Positions 25,712-32,000 of a stretch of DNA of 32,000 bases are shown in pieces (the stretch's first letter is position 1; every line of letters begins with the position of its first letter). Made by a program: the position numbers and the translations under genes. The stretch comes from Trichodesmium erythraeum IMS101 (lineage in GTDB: Bacteria > Cyanobacteriota > Cyanobacteriia > Cyanobacteriales > Microcoleaceae). The notes below the pieces were generated by a model, which was not told the DNA's origin, did not search any database, and saw only the letters and a program-made list of their open reading frames with translations. Location: contig NC_008312.1 of NCBI RefSeq assembly GCF_000014265.1, positions 6,990,001 through 7,022,000 of the forward strand, in the 5' to 3' direction.

Positions 25712-28223
25712 CGGGACTTTAGCAAATTTCAAGCCCAAACAAACCCTAAACTCTCTTTATGAGCGGTAAATACGTCGATGTTTTCATCTAACCACTCAAC
25801 AAAACGATAAGATATTGCGGTACGAAATGCTTCTAAAGTATCAGTAAACGTATTTAATGGTTTGTTAGCCCAACGCCTTCTTATACCTCCTGTTAACTGA
25901 TGCCAGATAATAAATGTATAAGCACAAAATACTAAAATAAAATGCCTTTTAAGGCTGATTTTATCTCTGACTTGATATTCTCTTAATCCTAACCATCCTT
26001 TGGCTTCCCTGTAGAAAACTTCCACCCAATTTCTTTGAGAATAAGTAGAATATATCCACTCAGGAGTTACATATTTGTCTTCTCTATTAGTGATATAATA
26101 GTTAATATCAGTGGCCTCAGAAAAACTTTTAGCATTCATAACGATAGCTATAGTTTTTTGACCTGACATCCTAGATATTTCTACTTCTAATGTAGCTACC
26201 CAAACTTCTCTAGCATTTTTTGTACTTAGTTGAACTAAGTTGAAAGCTTTCTGAGGTATACTTTCTGCCAGCTTGTCTAATCTAATTTCCTCTTTAATGT
26301 CATCTTGTTTTTTAATGATGACTTTTCGATTTTTAGCTAATCCTCCTATATAAGTTAAACTTCTTTTCTCTAGTTGATTTAAGAATGATGTATTGTTACC
26401 ATAGCCAAATTTCAATTAACACAATTTCTGGTTGGTGTCCTCTGGACAAACATTGATCTACTAGAGACATTGCACTCGTCTGGTTTCTTGACAAATTCTG
26501 GGTCTTTTTTTCCTTTTGGAAAAGAATCAGCTTTCTGATACAAAGCTATGTCTAAAGGTAGACTTTTAACTCCATCATAAAGATGAGTTGTCACCACGAC
26601 TACACCATTATCTGTTTTTCCTATTTCTCCTATATATTGCCGCCCTACTCCTGCAGTAAAATTACCACTTTTTCTGTGGCCTGAATCGTCTATAATTAAA
26701 GCAATAGGATCGAGAAGGTTTTGTTTGGCGACGTTCCCACATTACTTGAAGACGACGCTCATTCACAGCATCTACAGACCAATAGACATCTCCAAAAATA
26801 CTCAAACGCTTATCCTAACTATCTTTAGTGGTGCGATCGCTACTTATGAAGATAGTTAATTTGTACAGTTTTATGGGCATCAGAGATACTTTGTGTTACT
26901 AATTCAAATATTTATTGTACTTTAATTTATTCTTTTTATCTCAGCTTTTGATGGTTTATGCTAATATAAAAGATCCAATTCTTAGTCGCACTAAACCACA
27001 TATTGTTAAGATTACTTTTTGATAATTATTATCTTTTAATCTGAATCTTTCTCTAGCAATTCCAAATATTTTAATTAATCTTATTACATGTTCTACAAAT
27101 ATTCTCTTTCTGGCTTTTTCTTGATTTTCTTCTTTGATTTCTAGCGGCATTTCTTTTTTTCTTGGTTTCTTTTTTGGTGTAGTAGTTCTTTCTACTCCTT
27201 CATAAGCTTTATCTCCTTGAAATTTTTGTTTTTTATCAAATTTATCCTGTTGTTTTCTTAATATTTTTACATCACTTACTGGACCTTTTTCTCCTACTAT
27301 TACATCTACTATTTCTGTTCCTTTTGGTGTCGTTATTATTTGATTTTTAAAAGTATGATTTTTATTTTTTCATATTTTATATTTTTATTGGTCTTTATAT
27401 TCACTTGGTCTTTCTCTACTTTGTTCTGTACTATCTACAATTAATTCTAATTCTGTTAATATCTCCTTTACCCATTCCAATTCATTTTCTTTTTTTTTTA
27501 CTTGTTCTAATAAACTTGCTGGCAGTAATTCTCTGAGAATATCTATCCAGTAATGAAAAATATTATTAGCACTTGATTCACTTATACCAAAGTTAATTCC
27601 TAATGTTTGAAAAGTCGGTATTTGATGTAAATAAAATAACGTTAAAATTATTTCTTCCTCCTTTGTTAAATTCTTTTTTCTGACTCCACCTGCTTTAATT
27701 AATCTTTTTTCTGTTTTAGCGATCGCCTTCTTTTTCTCTGATTCTATTATTTGGGCCTTTGCTATTAATTTTATTAGCTGTTCATAAGTAATGCCAATAA
27801 TTCTTTTTGTTTCTTTTGGATGGTTATAAATATATTCTAAAGTTGGATTCATTTGGGAGACTTTATAAATAAATGGTTTTGATAATTTTACCTTATTTTT
27901 TATTTTGGAGATGTCTAATTTGCTCGAACTAGAAAATGCCGTAATTTGTGGTACGTGTGACCTACAGTGTTGTTGGCAATTTGAGACAAGTTTTTTCGAT
28001 CGCTTTCTCAAGAGTAATCCTCCTATATATTCCCTAAACCCTGTTTTTTGGGCTTTTGTTTTAAAGACATTGTTAAAGCGATCGCACCATCGATGGAAAC
28101 AAGAGGGCATGGCCACTGAAGTTGTTTCTTTCATCAAACTTTTCCCAGGCCAGTAATTAACGTAAAATACATATCAGGTATACATTATACCCTTTTTTTT
28201 ACTATTTTTTCACTAAAGTCCCG
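25712..28223 (-). mobile_element. IS701-like element, copy 2, interrupted by IS5-like copy B1
   Basis: It has the same ends as copy 1 and a 4-bp TSD CTAC at 25708-25711 and 28224-28227. ORFs 25729-26415 and 26412-26597 give the same proteins as 21020-21706 and 20838-21023. The length 2512 equals 1376 + 1133 + 3. Confidence 0.9.
26784..27916 (-). mobile_element. IS5-like (HTH_Tnp_4 + DDE_Tnp_4 type) element, copy B1, 1133 bp
   Basis: The IRs are AGACATCTCCAAAA.. and ..TTTTGGAGATGTCT, with a 3-bp TSD AAT at 26781-26783 and 27917-27919. It interrupts the sequence that is continuous in IS701-like copy 1 (..AGACCAATTTGCTCG..). Confidence 0.9.
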
Positions 28224-29598
28224 CTACCTTAAAGTTTTATGCCATGCCTGAAAAAATAATGTGACATAAGGATGTGAGAAAATCCTTGCCAGGCAATAAT
28301 TATAGCATGGCAGCTCGGATTAAAATTTGGTATTATAGACTCCCGCGTTGCACTTTGATTTAACTGACAACAAAAGAATCACAGTGTTATGGGAGTGTAT
28401 TCGCGAAGCCTCTCGAGTGAGAGAATCGCCTCAAAGAGCAACTATATTCTATATTAATAATTGATATCTTTCACCACTACGGAAAAACTTGAGGATTTTC
28501 TATAAAAGCTGCATCCACACAGTCTCTAAAATGATCAAATTTCTTCAGTCTTTGTTTGCAGATCGTTTTTTAACACAAACCACCAACGTTCTATCTTATT
28601 AAAATCTGGTGAGTATGGTGGTAAATACCAGATTTCACACCTTTGCTTGGCCACTAATTCTTCAATATAAACTGATTTATGAAACGTTGTGTTATCCAAT
28701 ATAATCACTTGCCCTGGTTGTAATTTTGGTATGGGAACAATTTTCCAACCAGTTCTCAAACAAGTCACGATTACAACTTCCTGTAAATGTTAAAGGAGCA
28801 AACATTTTTGATTGATTTATAGCTGCAATCCAACTAACTCTCTCAGTTCTTTTTCCGGACTTCATGCCTGGTACTATGAATGCCTTTAAATCCATAACCA
28901 TAAGGATAATCTTCTCTATTATCTATTCCGGCTTCATCTACATAAACAATATCTTTTTTGTCTATTTGATTCAGTTTTAAGGCCAACTTTTCTCTTTCTA
29001 TTTCGTCTCTTTCTTGATAACCATATGTTTTTTTTTACGAGTAAACCCAAGTTTTTTTAAACTTCTACTAATAGTAAAACGACTACAATTTCCCCATTTT
29101 GCAGCCATTTGTTTTTGAGTTTGCTCACTTAGTGTCCTCAACAAACTTTTCACATTCTTCCCAGTTTTTAATTTTAGATGTCTGAGGGGGAGGTATATTG
29201 GCTGATTGAGTTGTTGAACCTGTGGTTAAATATATCTCTCGCCATTGATGAAGAGTAGGCCGACTTATATTTAATAAACCACTCATAAGACTGATAGACA
29301 TACCATTTAAGGTGGAGGTCAAGAGCTCGCATGTCGCAAATCTTGACTGTAAGGATATACCTAAGCACTCAAACAATAGATTGAAGATAGAAATATCTTA
29401 AAGCTATCAACTCACTCATTGTCAATACCATTACACGCATCCTTAAAACTTTAACGTTTAGCGATCGCCTAATTTATGAAAAATGCAGGTCATACTGCAA
29501 GTCATACTGCAAGTCATATATTACATTGTAGCTATTTATGTAGTATGTAAAGATGCCAGCGCTCATTGCTATATCTTCTGTTTGAGACTGAAAGTATT

Positions 29599-30732
29599 AG
29601 ACATCTCCAAAATAAAAAATAAGGTAAAATTATCAAAACCATTTATTTATAAAGTCTCCCAAATGAATCCAACTTTAGAATATATTTATAACCATCCAAA
29701 AGAAACAAAAAGAATTATTGGCATTACTTATGAACAGCTAATAAAATTAATAGCAAAGGCCCAAATAATAGAATCAGAGAAAAAGAAGGCGATCGCTAAA
29801 ACAGAAAAAAGATTAATTAAAGCAGGTGGAGTCAGAAAAAAGAATTTAACAAAGGAGGAAGAAATAATTTTAACGTTATTTTATTTACATCAAATACCGA
29901 CTTTTCAAACATTAGGAATTAACTTTGGTATAAGTGAATCAAGTGCTAATAATATTTTTCATTACTGGATAGATATTCTCAGAGAATTACTGCCAGCAAG
30001 TTTATTAGAACAAGTAAAAAAAAAAAGAAAATGAATTGGAATGGGTAAAGGAGATATTAACAGAATTAGAATTAATTGTAGATAGTACAGAACAAAGTAG
30101 AGAAAGACCAAGTGAATATAAAGACCAATAAAAATATAAAATATGAAAAAATAAAAATCATACTTTTAAAAATCAAATAATAACGACACCAAAAGGAACA
30201 GAAATAGTAGATGTAATAGTAGGAGAAAAAGGTCCAGTAAGTGATGTAAAAATATTAAGAAAACAACAGGATAAATTTGATAAAAAACAAAAATTTCAAG
30301 GAGATAAAGCTTATGAAGGAGTAGAAAGAACTACTACACCAAAAAAGAAACCAAGAAAAAAAGAAATGCCGCTAGAAATCAAAGAAGAAAATCAAGAAAA
30401 AGCCAGAAAGAGAATATTTGTAGAACATGTAATAAGATTAATTAAAATATTTGGAATTGCTAGAGAAAGATTCAGATTAAAAGATAATAATTATCAAAAA
30501 GTAATCTTAACAATATGTGGTTTAGTGCGACTAAGAATTGGATCTTTTATATTAGCATAAACCATCAAAAGCTGAGATAAAAAGAATAAATTAAAGTACA
30601 ATAAATATTTGAATTAGTAACACAAAGTATCTCTGATGCCCATAAAACTGTACAAATTAACTATCTTCATAAGTAGCGATCGCACCACTAAAGATAGTTA
30701 GGATAAGCGTTTGAGTATTTTTGGAGATGTCT
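29599..30732 (+). mobile_element. IS5-like element, copy B2, 1134 bp
   Basis: It has the same ends as B1 and a 3-bp TSD ATT at 29596-29598 and 30733-30735. The uninterrupted target ..GACTGAAAGTATTGGTGCG.. is present in the next repeat unit at about 30830. Confidence 0.9.
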
Positions 30733-30960
30733 ATTGGTGCGTTTTCTGCTGAAGTTTGTCTTGCTCAGAGGTTTATCGGGAGGGGAGCACTAAATAAATA
30801 AAGCGCAATAGTTAATATCTTCTGTTTGAGACTGAAAGTATTGGTGCGTTTTCTGCTGAAGTTTGTCTTGGTCAGAGGTTTATCGGGAGGCGAACGCTAA
30901 ATAAATAGAGCGCAATAGTTAATATCTTTTGTTGGAGACTGAATGTATTGGTGTATTATA
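30733..30960. repeat. 107-bp tandem repeat array. Units start at 30733, 30840 and 30947. Earlier units lie at 24482-24558 and 29572-29598 and are split by IS insertions.
   Basis: The unit is ATTGGTGCGTTTTCTGCTGAAGTTTGTCTTG.TCAGAGGTTTATCGGGAGG..GC.CTAAATAAATA.AGCGCAATAGTTAATATCTT.TGTT.GAGACTGAA.GT with an exact 107-nt period. Confidence 0.85.
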
Positions 30961-31148
30961 TCATGTCCGGATGATTAGGTATAATAAAAATGAACTGACT
31001 ATCGCCAGTCTATAGAACCCATTTGAGATCTCTAGCCAGAGGCTACAAGTCTCTTAATCATTAGTATGACAAAGCAAAGATTCAGTTTTGTCGTCGCATT
31101 CGATAGAGTTCTCTCAAAGTTCTTCACCAGAATCTTACATCTTTCCAT

Positions 31149-32000
31149 GGCTTTGTTGCATGAATGTTGCGCTCGCAACTTCTCCCCAGAAGAGAAGTTA
31201 ATTAGTGAAGAGCGAATTCTACTTTGTAGCTTTCTGGCTGACAATTCTGTATCATACGATTAAGTATGGCACATTGTACGAACAATTCCACTGCCTGATT
31301 GTCGAATTTCCGTCGTCGCAACTTACCTCCAAATATTACTTTCAGTCTAAACATAGTTGTTTTTCACTTTCGACGTCGGTGATATCCACTCTCACGTTTC
31401 CACTTTTTGCGTCCTACCTTACGAATCTCTCTGAGGTTCTCGTCCCTAGGATGAGGTGGACTATTACAATTACCATGATGCCAGATGACTGCATTTTTAC
31501 GGGGTGGTATGGTTGGTTTGGCTCCTCTGTGACTTGCTGCGGAGTAGCACTTGCGTTTGTGATATGCTCCATCACCTGACACTTGACCTATCTCGCTTTC
31601 TACGACCTCTAGTAGTTGGCAAAATACTTGGTCGTCACTGACATCGTTGGTACTAACCACTGCAGTTACTATTTCCCCTGTGGCCTCATTCACACCTAGA
31701 TGCAACAAAGCCCCATGTACGACGTTTACCTACTCCATGAATTCTTGTTTTCCACTCTCCTTCTCCATAAACTTTGACTCCCGTCAATCTACCACCAGGT
31801 GAATTGCTTCTGTTGCTGGAATTACTGGTATTTCTATGTTCAATTTACCCAAGCGACGAGAAAAAGTACTGTGGTCTGGGACTGGTAACTCTAGTCCCAT
31901 TAGAGAAAATATAGATTCTAAAAAGCCCTCAGTTTGACGTCCTGCCAAGCTAAATAAAGTCGAAAGTGTTGCCATCAATTCGATCGCCACATTACTGTAA
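31149..32000 (-). mobile_element. IS5-family, IS903-group element, partial (runs off the window). The transposase has an in-frame stop and a frameshift.
   Basis: The terminal IR GGCTTTGTTGCATGAAT at 31149 resembles the IS903 IR. Transposase pieces are ..HLVVD (31784-31990), LHLGVNEATGEIV..DGAYHKRKCY..IPPRKNA..GYHRRRK* (31364-31708), then KTTMFRLKVIFGGKL..AILNRM.. to a stop at 31202-31204. Confidence 0.8.

Larger units (their letters stand above)
25590..29571 (-). mobile_element. IS630-family element, about 1466 bp native length, with a frameshifted transposase. It carries a nested IS701-like copy that itself carries an IS5-like copy.
   Basis: Perfect 32-bp TIRs TAGCAATGAGCGCTGGCATCTTTACATACTAC lie at 25590-25621 and inverted at 29540-29571. 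A TA/TA duplication lies at 25588-25589 and 29572-29573. Transposase pieces lie between 29376 and 28535 (HTH ..LLNISRPTLHQW.., DDE ..VIILDNTTFHKS.., YLPPYSPDFNKIERWW). Confidence 0.8.

Noticed and set aside
27385-28137. 250-aa ORF that looks like an intact gene
   Set aside because: It is a chimera. It starts with the IS701-like transposase N-terminus (MMKETTSVAMPSC..SSSSKL) and reads across the insertion junction at 27916/27917 into the IS5-like B1 ORF. It is an artefact of IS-in-IS insertion.
28229-29457. Initial guess that the IS630 element ends at the TTAAAGTTTTA inverted matches (about 28230 and 29445)
   Set aside because: The match is only 11 bp and the flanks do not fit. The perfect 32-bp TIRs with TA/TA at 25590 and 29571 explain the structure and restore the 107-bp repeat on excision.
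29483-30034. 183-aa ORF beginning MQVILQVILQVIYY
   Set aside because: Its N-terminus is translated from the 12-nt tandem repeat and TIR of the IS630-like element and from the 107-bp repeat. It then crosses the B2 boundary at 29599. Only the part from MNPTLEYIY.. belongs to the IS5-like transposase.
31032-31579. ORFs 31032-31244(-), 31066-31263(+) and 31205-31579(+)
   Set aside because: They overlap the end or the antisense strand of the IS903-group transposase remnant, and the minus-strand transposase frames account for the sequence.

Overview
AT-rich, HIP1 (GCGATCGC)-rich DNA, which points to a filamentous, Nostocales-like cyanobacterium (inference). The window has two parts.

**1-18.3 kb: chromosomal genes.** Most lie on the minus strand: a two-domain rhodanese, a Tat/lipobox Mn-SOD, a TerB-like protein, an aldo/keto reductase, an HNH-AP2 protein, a type I-beta DAHP synthase and cry-DASH. 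A 2Fe-2S ferredoxin and an SDR lie on the plus strand. They are separated by long ORF-free AT-rich spacers, two related tandem repeat arrays (about 284 bp and 270 bp units) and decay relics. The relics are a Uma2 gene with an in-frame stop, an IS5 fragment, a group II intron 3' fragment and an IS1 element.

**18.5-32 kb: an insertion-sequence graveyard.** It holds at least 9 IS copies from about 7 types, and every transposase gene is broken. Most boundaries and target-site duplications (TSDs) can be read directly. They show simple, partly nested insertions into a 107-bp tandem repeat array and next to an orphan FGE-domain gene. A nadA C-terminal relic also lies here.

**Most interesting signal.** The 310 bp upstream of the DAHP synthase gene contain two leader-peptide transcription attenuators in series. 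Each has a short ORF packed with Trp/Tyr/Phe codons whose stop codon overlaps the first arm of an antiterminator/terminator switch. No tRNA, rRNA or CRISPR array was seen.
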